A stretch of DNA of 63,953 nucleotides, the filler included, from Tortispora ganteri (Eukaryota), in the NCBI GenBank assembly GCA_003707115.1. It is 21 parts of 21 records of this genome, joined end to end, with 100 filler letters (N's around TTAATTAATTAA, not from the genome) between each part and the next. Parts side by side here need not be neighbours in the genome. Positions count along the whole stretch, not along the records: positions 10,198 to 13,397 come from PPNB01000101.1; positions 13,498 to 16,653 come from PPNB01000102.1; positions 16,754 to 19,889 come from PPNB01000103.1; positions 19,990 to 23,089 come from PPNB01000104.1; 17 more parts are not named here. The stretch is one strand, 5' to 3'. Within the stretch, counting starts at the first letter, position 1, and each line of letters opens with the position of its first letter. Below are positions 11,529 through 23,189 of this stretch, piece by piece. The notes beneath the pieces are model-generated. The model was not told the origin of the DNA. It searched no databases and saw nothing but the letters and a program-made list of their open reading frames with translations. The translations under genes and the position numbers were made by a program.

Positions 11529-12734
11529 TTACAACTCGTCGTGAGCTTTGTTCCAGACAGCAGGGAAATCACTAACGGCCTCAGAAATAGATTTGAGAAT
11601 GTTCAATTTTATAGTAGATTGATCAACCTTTTCCCGAGCAAGATTAGCAGAGTTCTTCAGGAGAGCAGTAAGGCGCGTGGTCTCCTTCTTAATGTAGTCG
11701 GCGTCCTTAGCCAGTTTGCCAAGAATCTTCTCATAAGCTTCAATATCGGTACCGTTGGCCTTGAGTTCCTGCACTTTAGTTTTGATCTCTTCCACGACAG
11801 CTGCACGGTGTTCGGCCTCGGCTTCGACAAGGGTAGCAAACAGCTCGTTAAGCTCTTCAATGACACCGGCATCAGGGTCCAAACTGCCAGAGAGAGTGCG
11901 TTTAGTTCCGACGCGTTCGCGAAGGTACTCTAAGAGAGTCTCTGCGTTTCGCTCACCCTTGTATTGTAATGGGTTCTCCTTAGCATCCTTCTTGAACAGC
12001 ATAATAGTGGGGAATGTGGCAACCCCGTACTCCGTAGCGTGTCCAATACCGGTCTCTTTAGAGGTCTCGATGCGGGCAATAACGACATCCTTGTCCTTTG
12101 CAAAAATTTTAGCAAGCTGCTCGTATTCCGGAGCCATGTTCTTGCACTGCGCACACCATTCAGCAGTGAAAGCGAGGAAAACATGCTTGGTCTCGTCCAG
12201 GACGATGTCGTCCCAGTTTCCATCTGTAACTTCGACAACTTCAGTAAGCGCCTTCCAGCCGCCAGGAGAGATTCTTTCACCAAGAGGAGTTTCCTTTGGT
12301 TTGGGTTTCACCTCTTTGGTACGCGTGGGGGCGGCAGGCTGCTCGAAGCCTTTCACTCCAGAGTGCTCTTCAACAAATTCCTTAAAAGCGTCGAGAGTAC
12401 GGGCCTTTGTGAAAGTAACAGGTCCGTCAGCCTTAATCGAATTGAACATCTTGATAGTCGGGTAGCCCTGGATTTCGAACTTCTTTCCAGCGATCCTGTT
12501 CTTGTCGGCGTCGATCTTCACAATTTGAACGTCTTCTTCGTTAAAAGAGAGTCCGAGATCCTCATATACAGGAGCCATATTGCGGCAGTGGCTGCACCAG
12601 GACGCATAAAACTTCACAAGCGTCGGCTTGCCAGATGCAATAAGTTCATCTATATCTTCGTCAGTAGCAACGATAGTATCAGCTGCAACGAGGCTGGCAA
12701 ACAGAGCGAGTACGAATCCGCTGGCGAATTTCAT
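11529..12734 (-). CDS. Protein disulfide isomerase, ERp38/TigA type (two thioredoxin domains + ERp29-like C-terminal domain, HDEL)
   Basis: Signal peptide, WCSHC and WCAQC active sites, helical C-terminal domain, C-terminal HDEL. Confidence 0.93.
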   Translation of the reverse strand: MKFASGFVLALFASLVAADTIVATDEDIDELIASGKPTLVKFYASWCSHCRNMAPVYEDLGLSFNEEDVQIVKIDADKNRIAGKKFEIQGYPTIKMFNSIKADGPVTFTKARTLDAFKEFVEEHSGVKGFEQPAAPTRTKEVKPKPKETPLGERISPGGWKALTEVVEVTDGNWDDIVLDETKHVFLAFTAEWCAQCKNMAPEYEQLAKIFAKDKDVVIARIETSKETGIGHATEYGVATFPTIMLFKKDAKENPLQYKGERNAETLLEYLRERVGTKRTLSGSLDPDAGVIEELNELFATLVEAEAEHRAAVVEEIKTKVQELKANGTDIEAYEKILGKLAKDADYIKKETTRLTALLKNSANLAREKVDQSTIKLNILKSISEAVSDFPAVWNKAHDEL

Positions 12735-12922
12735 TTTTGTGTAGCGAAATGAACACGTAGATGTCCACCGAAATTATATAAGCAAACTAAAGTGTAAACT
12801 TTAATCTGACAATTGAGCCGGGTAACAAGAAACCCGCGAAAAGTTTCCAAGCGATTCACACACATACCTACCGAAAGCATCTCGACTGGTACAAAAGGGT
12901 AGCAGACAGCGACGCAAGAAAA

Positions 12923-13303
12923 ATGGTTGAACTCAGTGTCATCGAAGACGATAAGAACGCACAAGACTTTTTGGACCACACATCCGATATTTCGGATGTT
13001 TCCGGCAACGAGTCCGAAGATGATTTTGATCCTGAATCTGAGACTCTAGTTGACCGACTTTACGCCTTGCGAGACGTCATTCCTCCTACACAGCGATCGG
13101 TAATTGCCAATGCGTGTGCGAATGCTAAAGACACTACGCTGTTGCTTGGCAGTAAAGCCGGCTCTTTGATGTGGTCTATAACCTCCAGCCTTCTGTTGGT
13201 CGGTGTTCCCTACTCGCTTGCTGTGCTAGGTGACGCCGACCCCAGCGCCATGATGGACCCACAGGCGCAGCTTGCTGGTGAAGGCGTGCTACCGCCGCAA
13301 TAA
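12923..13303 (+). CDS. TOM22: Mitochondrial import receptor Tom22
   Basis: MVEL start, acidic patch, ETLVDRLYALRDVIPP, TM segment WSITSSLLLVGVPYSLAV. Confidence 0.92.
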   Translation: MVELSVIEDDKNAQDFLDHTSDISDVSGNESEDDFDPESETLVDRLYALRDVIPPTQRSVIANACANAKDTTLLLGSKAGSLMWSITSSLLLVGVPYSLAVLGDADPSAMMDPQAQLAGEGVLPPQ

Positions 13304-13887
13304 TGTACATATGAATCAAATTTTCTAGCGAAATATGTAGTATGAATAATAGACGTAGACAAGTTGTTAGTATTACAAATTCTGACCTGTAGTTCTGNNN
13401 NNNNNNNNNNNNNNNNNNNNNNNNNNNNNNNNNNNNNNNNNTTAATTAATTAANNNNNNNNNNNNNNNNNNNNNNNNNNNNNNNNNNNNNNNNNNNNATT
13501 TCAGTCGCTCTCTGCTGATACAATCATACGTATGGCAGATACATTTAGTGATAGCGTATCGAGAAAAGATGTTACTCAAAGGCGCAATATTGAGATAGCG
13601 AAACTTGAATCAGTGCATAACTAAAGGTTGCTAAAGAACAATAACGGACATTATTTTTTTGTGCTTGACCCTTATTGATGATGACGAATTTATGAAAATA
13701 TATTTATTGCTGGATGAATATAATTCTAGTGCTATAGCGCTGCTATTGTTTTTCAATGCGAATACCCGTTGCCATGCAAAGATCACTATACATATAAAGC
13801 AGTTTGCACATATGCGCGCATTGAGGGATGTAAAGAGATAAAAGCAATATAGAATTTGATTTGATTACTACTGTGTTGTTGGACTAT

Positions 13888-14343
13888 ATGGCGGGAGGCA
13901 AAAGGCTGCGTATTCGTAGCTTTGTGGAGAGCTTGAAAGACATGATTCAAAGGGTGATTGAGCGGATCAGGGGAAGCGGGTATACGAGAGTGAATGAGAC
14001 GGATTCTAGGTCGGCAAGTCATGCAGATTTAGGAAGTCAGAAAACACATATATTAAGAAGAAAAAGAAAGCGGACATTGAGCGAGTTTCTTTATGACAGC
14101 TGCACGGATCCTCTGAAAGCCGCTGAAGACAGCCTATGGAAGACTTATGACAAGACTAAAACGCATATCCGCGTTCTTTCAGAAGATTTATTAGGCAAAG
14201 ATTGTTCTGATAGCTTGCGCATAACTGCCAAACAAACGAAAGCTGCAGTCACAGGAATAGTAGCGGCTACTACAGCTAAACGATATTCTGCTAGGACCGA
14301 TTCTTGGACCTCAGGACTGACTGAAGACTCGTATTTTGTTTAA
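13888..14343 (+). CDS. Hypothetical basic protein (151 aa)
   Basis: Only long ORF in this part of the contig; RRKRKR basic patch; no recognisable family. Confidence 0.4.
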   Translation: MAGGKRLRIRSFVESLKDMIQRVIERIRGSGYTRVNETDSRSASHADLGSQKTHILRRKRKRTLSEFLYDSCTDPLKAAEDSLWKTYDKTKTHIRVLSEDLLGKDCSDSLRITAKQTKAAVTGIVAATTAKRYSARTDSWTSGLTEDSYFV

Positions 14344-15308
14344 TACATGTTAACTGATGCTATTTACGTGTATAAATGAGATTTACTGCGCTGCAGAATT
14401 ACATATGATTAGTCTGTGCGTTTTTCTTCGTTTTTCTTCTTCATTCTGGCTTTGTTATAACTACAACCGGTTTAATAAAACCAGATTCACGATTTAAGTT
14501 ACTAATATCCACAGATATTGAGTTTGAGTATTGTGTATGGCATAAGAGGTTATTTTTACTTTAAATTAATATATATGATTTTTATGCAGGTCTGTTATGC
14601 ATATTCGTGCTGCGAAACGCCTCAAAAGTGACATTTTACGTTGTGTTGAGAGATTCCGATTGCCTAATTGTTTCGAAAAGTTTATTTCAATATAATTTAA
14701 TACTCTTATTTTGATTCTTAGTTTTCTAGATTGGGTATTTTTTATGCAATTAAAAATATTCATTATTTTACTCCGCTTTGATCCGGCCAATCCTACCCTT
14801 TGAAAGTCATATTAGGCACTTAAAAAGATGACATAGGCAGCTTAATTTCTTCTTATTAAAGATAACTTTTAGCTCAACCGCAGCAAACGCGGCTACTTGC
14901 ATGTCCACGCGCTTCACAGTACATCTATTTAGTAGCATAGATTATAATATGTATTTTAAAATGCTCACTTGAATAATATTGATAGAACTGTTCAGGAGTC
15001 CCCCCCCTCCTTTCTCTACTCTCAATGTATTGCCTGTAGGACATAGCAGTATCCACTTCATAATCTTATCGGTATTAAAGTTCATAAAATCCTCATAGTT
15101 AAATGAAGATATTGTGGTTAACCATTGCATTTCCATCGGTTTACCCGCCGAAATCAGTGCAGTTACATTTCCGCAAATTAATAAGCTAATTCATTAAGAA
15201 AGTCCGATAAAATGCTATAATAGCACAAAACAGCTATTATATAGTCAAATATTAACCACTCTCTTACATACCACTCAGTAACTATTCGGTCTTTTCTTGT
15301 TCACCAAA

Positions 15309-16653
15309 ATGTTGAGCACAGTAACTTTAACGGATACGTCTCTTTGTAAACCACCAACAACTACTACAACTGTCTATGAAAAGACTTATAGTAGCGCAAA
15401 TGGTATAGTCACTGCTTATGATGATTATTGTATACCCGAGACAATAGTCGTCGATGACGTCTACTGTTGTGCCTGTACACCAACAGTTTTGACATATGTT
15501 CCTCAGGGCCCGCTAGTAAGCGAATCTCATACTTATGTATGGGATATGTACCAAGAAATTTCGTTTTCCACATCTATTGCCTTCAATTTCACTATAGAGA
15601 AACCTTGTGCCGTTACCAAGTATGAAAATTATAATCCCAAACAGACAACGCTAAGTTCTGTCGCAGGTATGACATATAGTCTGGTATCTAGCCATCATGC
15701 CAGTAGTATTACCAGCGAGATAAGCACTATAGTGAGCTCACCACTGGCGCATACCTTTGAGGATTTTGACATTTCAGTTAGAGAAGATTCGACGGCAGTT
15801 GAACCGACAACAGTCCCGGAAGGTCCAACTTCATACTTTTCAGGCAATGACATTAGTACTGGAGATCCTTCCATTATTGTCGAGTCTTCCGGGATAATTA
15901 CAGTACAGTCTTCTGTAGAGGTATCTTCGTCTGCGCAATTGCCATCATATTACGCAGAATCTTCGTCAGTTTTGACTAATACTAGTAGTTCTAGCACTGT
16001 GCAAAACGACATGAGCAGCTCACATCCGACTACATCAGTGGATCTTTCATCTGATATTGAAGTAATAACGGCGATTCCCCCTGTAACAGCCACAAATGGC
16101 TTCCCTGGAGTTGTAACAGTGGTTTCTCCTGGAACGGGCCATAGCATTAGTATCTCATCCTCGTCTTCACTATCGTCATCGTCTTACTCAGTATCTTTGT
16201 CAGTTTCAACTGCCGGAACAAGCACAGATAGTTTCCCTGGAGTTATAACCATGATTCCTCCTGACCCTGTCCCTCCTGTTCCTACTAGCTCGGACGGTTT
16301 CCCTGGAGTCATAACCATGATTCCTCCTGACCCTGTCCCTCCTATCCCTACTAGCTCGGACGGTTTCCCTGGAGTTATAACCATGATTCCTCCTGACCCT
16401 GTCCCTCCTATCCCTACTAGCTCGGACGGTTTCCCTGGAGTTATAACAATGATTCCTCCTGCCCCTCCTGCAACAACAAGCTCGGATGGTTTCCCTGTTG
16501 TTATAACCATGATTCCTCCTTCTCCTGTCCCTCCTATCCCTACTAGCTCGGACGGTTTCCCTGTTGTTATAACAATGATTCCTCCTTCTCCTGTCCCTCC
16601 TATCCCTACTAGCTCGGACGGTTTCCCTGGAGTTATAACCATGATTCCTCCTG
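15309..16653 (+). CDS. Ser/Thr/Pro-rich cell-surface protein, diverged member of the Cys-rich N-domain family; 3'-partial
   Basis: LCKPP...TVY...AYDDYC.P...YC..CTP...TYVP..P......TYVW..Y aligns to the N-domain of 2674/39151/61359; followed by 22-aa repeats. Confidence 0.7.
16226..16653 (+). repeat. Coding minisatellite, 66-bp unit (SSDGFPGVITMIPPDPVPPIPT)
   Basis: About 6-7 near-identical tandem units running into the gap. Confidence 0.9.
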
Positions 16654-16753
16654 NNNNNNNNNNNNNNNNNNNNNNNNNNNNNNNNNNNNNNNNNNNNTTA
16701 ATTAATTAANNNNNNNNNNNNNNNNNNNNNNNNNNNNNNNNNNNNNNNNNNNN

Positions 16754-17604
16754 CCTAGTCGCGACTGAAAGAATCTTCGGATGGATGCAACGTCACGATC
16801 AAAATAGCGTTCAGCGTCTGAGTGATTAATAGAAACACATTGAGGGAAATCTATGACAATAAACTGGTCTTCAGGAGGAATATTGTTCTCGTCTATACCG
16901 TTTCTGATCATGATATTAAACTCATTGAAATCGCAATGGACAAGACCATGACAGGCGAGTTTGACAATGAAATCCATCATGGCAGCATAGAGACCAGCAG
17001 GATCACCGTGAGCTTGCAGTTGTCGCATAGGATAACCATCTACTAGCGACATAATTACTGCATGCCGACTGTTATCGTATGGTTTGGGTACATGGAATCC
17101 CGCGTCGTACAGCGCCTTCATAAAAGTGTATTCCTTTTCTGCAGCCAGCCGTGACAGGTACATCCAAGAAGCAGATTTCCGAGACTTCAGGTAATCGCGG
17201 TTGTTTTTCACTGTACGGAATGATATTCTGCCTAATCGATGAAGCTTCAAGACTCTTGACTGACCATCGGGATCCCCTACAAGATATATATCTGATTCCT
17301 TGCCAATACCAATCTGTGCACCAATGGCAGATATTGTTTTGCGCTTTATAAATGCATTAAGTGCAAGATAGTCATAACCAGCATAAGTGAGACGGTATCC
17401 GTCATATTTGGCATTGCGCATCTTTGATATAAGTCCAGGTTTAGCGATGTCAGATATCGCGCGTTGAGAAGCCCGTTTACCAGCGATCTGCAGTATAAGT
17501 TTAGTCGGCACTACTTCATGATTCTTTGAGCCCATCTCTACTGCAGTAAGTACCCTGAAATCATCATCATTTAAGTATCTGAGCGCTCTTGTGTCGAGTT
17601 TCAT
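16754..17604 (-). CDS. RIO2: Atypical kinase Rio2, 5' part
   Basis: MKLDT, VEMGSKNHEVVP, IGIGKESDIY, KLHRLGRISFR, HCDFNEFN, IDFPQ. Confidence 0.97.
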
Positions 17605-17868
17605 GGTTGAACAATGTTCAAAATCAACATTTGCTGTGGACTAAATTTCTGAAAATCGCAGGAATAGAGTAAGTTGCTATAGTTACGGGGGTGAAGAAAG
17701 GGATTTGGGCTTTGAGCTTTATGTAGCGCGCAAAAGTATAGGGGAGGGTTTAGATTGCGATCCAACTCCACAAAGAAACTGTTTAACGGTTGTAGATATT
17801 ATTCTAACTTGTTATTTTTTTCTGATCAGTTTTGCTATTATTTTGCAAGAGTTTGAGTGTATTTGAGA

Positions 17869-18603
17869 ATGACTGTCAGCACTGAGACTGCTACTGAGAC
17901 ACAGCGCGATACGCTGAGACTTGTTGGTGAGCCTAATATGGCACAGTTTGACGCTGAACAAGTTCGATTAATGGAGGAAGTATGTATTGAATTAGATTAC
18001 GATGACAATGTTATTGGCGAGGTGAGCAAGAAAGAGTGTCACTTAATGACCAATATTGAGAAGGGAATGCTACATAGGGCATTTTCTGTGTTTTTATTTG
18101 ATTCAGAGGATAGACTGTTGTTACAACAACGCGCAGATGAAAAAATCACGTTCCCTTCTATGTGGACCAATACCTGTTGCTCGCACCCGCTGGCAGTTGC
18201 CAACGAGATCGGAACTGATTTGGTTACATCTGTACAGGGTGCTAAGCATGCCGCTCAGCGTAAGCTTAAGCATGAACTTGGAATTGAGAAGCATGATATT
18301 CCTATTGAGAAGTTTAAGTTTGTGACTAGAATTCACTACATGGCACCGAGCAACGGTCTTTGGGGTGAACACGAGATCGATTACATTCTGATTATCAGAT
18401 CTGATCCGAAACTTGACGTTAACCCTAATGAAGTCAAAGACTACAGGTACGTTTCCCAGACCGAACTCAAACAGATGTTCAACGACCCGAAACTGACCTT
18501 CACGCCTTGGTTCAAGCTTATATGCGATGCATTCTTGTTCAAATGGTGGGGATCTATTGATTCGATCAGCGACATGACTGACGAAAATATTCATCGAATG
18601 TAA
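17869..18603 (+). CDS. IDI1: Isopentenyl-diphosphate delta-isomerase (type 1)
   Basis: LHRAFSVFLF, LLQQRADEKITFP, WTNTCCSHPL, WGEHEIDYIL, FTPWF; first ATG at 17869. Confidence 0.97.
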   Translation: MTVSTETATETQRDTLRLVGEPNMAQFDAEQVRLMEEVCIELDYDDNVIGEVSKKECHLMTNIEKGMLHRAFSVFLFDSEDRLLLQQRADEKITFPSMWTNTCCSHPLAVANEIGTDLVTSVQGAKHAAQRKLKHELGIEKHDIPIEKFKFVTRIHYMAPSNGLWGEHEIDYILIIRSDPKLDVNPNEVKDYRYVSQTELKQMFNDPKLTFTPWFKLICDAFLFKWWGSIDSISDMTDENIHRM

Positions 18604-18744
18604 AATGTGCTCTTTTAACGATTTGCACTTTTACAGTTAATTTCGAACATTAGACTGACCTGATCGGCTTCGTATGGGATTCAGATATCAGCCAACACTG
18701 CTCTTTCCCACTTCTCTTCCCCCCCCACACAACTTTTTGCCGTA

Positions 18745-19746
18745 ATGGAATTGTCATTGAAAGAGTTATTCAATGAATGCGTTACACGGTATAATAATAT
18801 AACACAACTGTCTCCGCGTAGTGAAAATTTTATAGAGCAGTATAATGAAACAGTTAAGATGTTTGACCAATGTATACATGCTCTGAGGCAACTGTCACTA
18901 TATTCCTCGAACGAGGATCTCGAAGACCTGTCTACCAGCGATATGCGTTATATATCAACTTACTATTACCGAGGCAAGATAGCTGAGATGAATGTTGATC
19001 GAAATACAGCTGTAAATGACTCGATCCAGTTTTTTGAGATATTTCTCAAGCTGACTGAAGAATACGGACTAGTCCCAGCCTCTTTGAAGAAATTCGTGGA
19101 AGCAACCAAGAACGGTTCAAGTGCCGAGACAACAGATAGTTTTATTCACCCAAAGAACCCGGAAGGCCGACGTAAGAATAAGATCGAGCAGTTCAAAGCA
19201 GAAAAAGAGATACGGGAACGCCTGAAAGCGCTATCGACGCGCCCACATGCAGACGAGGACGTGGTGCGAGAGACACAAATAACACAGATCGCATTACAGG
19301 TCGCCAATACTTTGACGTCGATTGAGTCATTACGGTTAGAAAAAGGACTGATTGATAATAAGCCGGAAGTGGTGCCTCAGACTAAGAATGGCATTGACGA
19401 GACACGACTAGATTATGAGAACAGCCGTAGTGGCGGCCCACGCTTACAACATCGCGGCCCAGGGCCTACAATTCTGGAGTCTACAAAGCACGGTTTAATG
19501 AGAACATTAAATAGGGATATAAGAAGAGGTCCGGACCCTAGCACCTTACCAACTATGAGTATTGATGAGTATTTGGATATCGAACGACGAAGAGGAGGCA
19601 TACTCGACAGCCAGTCCAGCCAGAAGCCAGAGCTCAATGATGAAGAGTCAGAAGACGAGGATGAGAAGACAATGAAGGAAAGAGAATGGGACGAGTTTAA
19701 AGAATTGAATCCAAAGGGATCTGGAAACACAATGAACAACGGATAG
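18745..19746 (+). CDS. TAP42: PP2A regulatory subunit Tap42/alpha4
   Basis: SLYSSNEDLEDLSTSDMRY, RKNKIEQFK, LPTMSIDEYL, REWDEFKELNPKGSGNTMN. Confidence 0.93.
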   Translation: MELSLKELFNECVTRYNNITQLSPRSENFIEQYNETVKMFDQCIHALRQLSLYSSNEDLEDLSTSDMRYISTYYYRGKIAEMNVDRNTAVNDSIQFFEIFLKLTEEYGLVPASLKKFVEATKNGSSAETTDSFIHPKNPEGRRKNKIEQFKAEKEIRERLKALSTRPHADEDVVRETQITQIALQVANTLTSIESLRLEKGLIDNKPEVVPQTKNGIDETRLDYENSRSGGPRLQHRGPGPTILESTKHGLMRTLNRDIRRGPDPSTLPTMSIDEYLDIERRRGGILDSQSSQKPELNDEESEDEDEKTMKEREWDEFKELNPKGSGNTMNNG

Positions 19747-19784
19747 ATTAACAAAAAGGGATTTGGTATGGTATATATATGTCA

Positions 19785-19889
19785 TTAGCATGCACAAGAC
19801 TCTTCAGCTGCCGGGGGCTCAACATTGACGTCTATGACTGTTGCCGAGGTGGAGTTTGAATTCTGTTGGTCATTATTTTCTAGGCCGGG
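19785..19889 (-). CDS. YPT6: C-terminal tail of a Rab GTPase, Ypt6/Rab6-like (5'-partial)
   Basis: Reads PGLENNDQQNSNSTSATVIDVNVEPPAAEESCAC*; CxC geranylgeranylation motif and VID motif typical of Ypt6. Confidence 0.65.
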   Translation of the reverse strand, partial: PGLENNDQQNSNSTSATVIDVNVEPPAAEESCAC

Positions 19890-19989
19890 NNNNNNNNNNN
19901 NNNNNNNNNNNNNNNNNNNNNNNNNNNNNNNNNTTAATTAATTAANNNNNNNNNNNNNNNNNNNNNNNNNNNNNNNNNNNNNNNNNNNN

Positions 19990-20480
19990 GTCATGGTCTT
20001 GTCCATTGCGATTTCAATGAGTTTAATATCATGATCAGAAACGGTATAGACGAGAACAATATTCCTCCTGAAGACCAGTTTATTGTCATAGATTTCCCTC
20101 AATGTGTTTCTATTAATCACTCAGACGCTGAACGCTATTTTGATCGTGACGTTGCATCCATCCGAAGATTCTTTCAGTCGCGACTAGGATTCCATTCTGA
20201 ATCGTATCCGCGATTCACTGAGGATGTCGTCCGAAAAGATGACATTGACGTCAGAGTTGAAGCTTCAGGCTACAGCAAGAAATCTGTCAAGGAATTTGAA
20301 CAAGCAATGGCTTCTTTGCGCGAAAAAACTGATGCTGATTATGAGTCCGAAGAATCATATGAAGATGAAAATCACGATTTCAACGACTCTGAGAATGACA
20401 ATGATTACGAATCCGATAATGACGAACTTGATACCGAATCTACTGCATCTAATGTTTCTGAATCTAATGTTATCTCATGA
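19990..20480 (+). CDS. RIO2: Rio2 3' part (overlaps contig 16754-19889 in reverse complement)
   Basis: About 197-bp overlap with 16754-16950; YFDRDV, VEASG, acidic tail. Confidence 0.95.
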
Positions 20481-20497
20481 CCAGTTAATATTCATTA

Positions 20498-22291
20498 TCA
20501 TTGATGTACCCTGTGCGCTAAAACATCCTGTAGTTCGTTTAACGTAGCATTCATATCCGCAGGCCCAGATGTCGGCGTCACTGAGTGCACTCTCACAGTT
20601 CGCTTCACGGGCTTTATCATTCCAATTTGTGGTCCGCTAACTGCTCTGGAAGAACCTAATGTCTTCTCAATTGATGACCAAGATTGCTCAAATTGGGTTT
20701 GATCTACGCCTCGACTGTTCCTGACACTATCTCCATCGTCATTGAATGTTCCAATGAAAGGTGAGAATGTTTCTGAGCCTGTCACAGAGGTCGAGGACAT
20801 CAAACTTGGCACTTCATAGTCTTCCGACTGACAATACGCATTACCACTTTCAGAAACAGAGCCATGGTCTGCATCTTTCGTTTGGACAAACCTCTGGAGT
20901 TGGTCTCGTCCTTTCCTCCACTCAAGCAACAAGGACTCAATATCCGTAGATATCATATCATAGTGTGCCAACAATTTCTCGGCTTTCTCTAAAGTATCTT
21001 CATTACCCATTAAGCTTTGTAGTGTTTCTTCACTCGCTAGACGTAATCTCGCCTCGATGCTATTCAATCCTCCAGAAACTGCATTCATGGCGGCTGTATG
21101 TTTAAGCAGCATATCAGATTTAGGCTTGCTTGCAGATTTCAGAGACTCTTGGATAATTTTCTGCAGATTATTGTCATAGCTGTAAGCGTCAAACATTGAA
21201 TTTACTGCTTGGCCAATAAGATTAGACACTTTATCTGTTTCTTTAGTGACGGAAACCCAGATTTCACGATCTTCGTTTTTGCCAGTAGCCTTTAAGGCTA
21301 GAAGTTCGCATATAAAAAGCTTTCTAGCAATAAATAACTTAATGAATCGCTTTTTTAGAGAAGATATAGAGGTAGATGTGTGTTCAGTTTCGGGATCGCC
21401 AATTGATAGCGCAGTGAGCTCACGTTCATCGACCTTATAGAGACTGGTGAGTGTTTTCAAAGAAAGAGGGTCACAGAAAGGTCGGATATACTCGCAGCTT
21501 CTGCATATTTGCGGAAACACAAGCTTTAATGTAGCATCTATTGAATCCCTCAGATAGCTACAGTGTGCGTTCCGATCGATTCTGTCAATAGGCGGAGCGC
21601 GATAGCCGGGAACAGCGCTTTTGTACCCTTTTGAGTAGAGTTCTGCTTCTTGCACAATGCGTATTGACTTTGTTATCGAATAATCAAGTATATTAGAGTT
21701 ATGTACAAGTCGAGATGCAGCCTGAGCGGCATAAGTGTATAGCTGCCGCAGCTCACGTCTGCGAGAGTGAGCGTAAAAGGAGATAGCAACGCAGAGTGAC
21801 ACTACTAATAATGCGAGTTTCTTATCGTTAGATTGAAGCTGGTCGGTTTTTGAGGCCCAAGTTATAACAACACCTATTAATATTATGTAACCTGAATGGC
21901 GTAGTGTGAATGTGATAGTCTGATAGCGAGGAGAAAAAAGGGGATCATGGGACTTGAATAGAGAAGAAGCGGCCCAAGTTATTCTGTCATCGAGGAGTCT
22001 GCTTCCGATAAGAGAATATCGAAACCGATCTGTCAGTTCCTGAGCTTCTGATGCGCTTATCTCGCGTGATATTGCCTTGCGAAGAAGAGTTGTGAATCGA
22101 TCTTTTTTTAGCGTGGCTGGATCTGAAAGTGTTAAAGGTCTTAGAGACTTGCTGGTAGGAGCGAAGTTCTTTACGGGGACGAAGTCATCCTTAAATCTTA
22201 TTGATGCTGGTTCTATTCCCCAATTCTCAATACCGCTGTCTCGTACATAATCCGCCAATGGAGAATCGTCAAGGAAAACGGGATTTTCCAT
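20498..22291 (-). CDS. Vezatin/myosin-binding domain membrane protein (VezA/Inp2-like)
   Basis: N-terminal DSPLADY, FRYSLIGSRLL, two TM helices, VQEAELYSKGY...PPIDRI, coiled-coil C-terminal half. Confidence 0.7.
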   Translation of the reverse strand: MENPVFLDDSPLADYVRDSGIENWGIEPASIRFKDDFVPVKNFAPTSKSLRPLTLSDPATLKKDRFTTLLRKAISREISASEAQELTDRFRYSLIGSRLLDDRITWAASSLFKSHDPLFSPRYQTITFTLRHSGYIILIGVVITWASKTDQLQSNDKKLALLVVSLCVAISFYAHSRRRELRQLYTYAAQAASRLVHNSNILDYSITKSIRIVQEAELYSKGYKSAVPGYRAPPIDRIDRNAHCSYLRDSIDATLKLVFPQICRSCEYIRPFCDPLSLKTLTSLYKVDERELTALSIGDPETEHTSTSISSLKKRFIKLFIARKLFICELLALKATGKNEDREIWVSVTKETDKVSNLIGQAVNSMFDAYSYDNNLQKIIQESLKSASKPKSDMLLKHTAAMNAVSGGLNSIEARLRLASEETLQSLMGNEDTLEKAEKLLAHYDMISTDIESLLLEWRKGRDQLQRFVQTKDADHGSVSESGNAYCQSEDYEVPSLMSSTSVTGSETFSPFIGTFNDDGDSVRNSRGVDQTQFEQSWSSIEKTLGSSRAVSGPQIGMIKPVKRTVRVHSVTPTSGPADMNATLNELQDVLAHRVHQ

Positions 22292-22653
22292 TGTGGTTGT
22301 AGTGGTGGTTGTTTAGTGTAAACAAGCCAGAACCGCGGTAAAAGTCCCAAAAAAGTAGCTTAGAAAACGAAATCATGTGGGGAGTAACCTTGTCAGCTAA
22401 ACACCATTCACGACGCGTACTGCGCAGTTGTACTTACAAAATTATACGATTTATCTCTGATAAAATAATATAAGACTGAAGAACAATGATCAGAACAATA
22501 TATCACCTTGAACATATACCCCAAGCTGCGGTAACGCAAATGTGATGAACGTGCACCGCAATTCCGATTTGGGAAATAACGAGGTTAGGGTTTTAAAGAT
22601 TAAAACTTCTATATATTTATCTCGGAGCGTAAATTATTTAAGAGCGAAAGACA

Positions 22654-23089
22654 ATGTCTGAAAAGCGACCCATACGCGGTATCAGAGCAACTAAACGACA
22701 GAAAAACACACGTGATACATTATCTGTACCAGTTGCAACCGAAGGAGATGATTTGGTTGAGCTAGAGAGCCTATACAGTCAGATCGATAACGAACATCCA
22801 GATTATCAGCTGATCTTGAACGGAATAGTACACGAATGCGATTCTATGCTTCGCCAGCGCGCTCAAGATACTAATTTGCAGCCTCTAAACGGCCGGTTCC
22901 ATTATATATATGCTGATGTCCTCAGCAAACTAGCAGCTGTGGTTAACAATGGTGACGAGACACCATTGGACTACATGAACGCAGCCATCGACAGGGCAGC
23001 TATTGGACTAAACGCAAAAGACTACCGAGATGAGCTACAGGGGCTTATTGGGTGCTTATATGCCCTGCGGGCATTGTATGCATGCTCTG
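22654..23089 (+). CDS. ETT1: Enhancer of translation termination Ett1/Nro1, 3'-partial
   Basis: KRP.RG...KRQK N-terminus, LNGIVHECDSMLR, FHYIYA, AAIDR...GL. Confidence 0.8.
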
Positions 23090-23189
23090 NNNNNNNNNNN
23101 NNNNNNNNNNNNNNNNNNNNNNNNNNNNNNNNNTTAATTAATTAANNNNNNNNNNNNNNNNNNNNNNNNNNNNNNNNNNNNNNNNNNNN

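Noticed and set aside
11541..12752. Several antisense ORFs over the PDI gene
   Set aside because: Shadow ORFs from biased codon usage; no protein features
18178..18192. Alternative CUG decoding (CUG-Ser/Ala clades)
   Set aside because: CTG occupies conserved Leu positions in IDI1 (CCSHPL, DYIL), supporting the standard code
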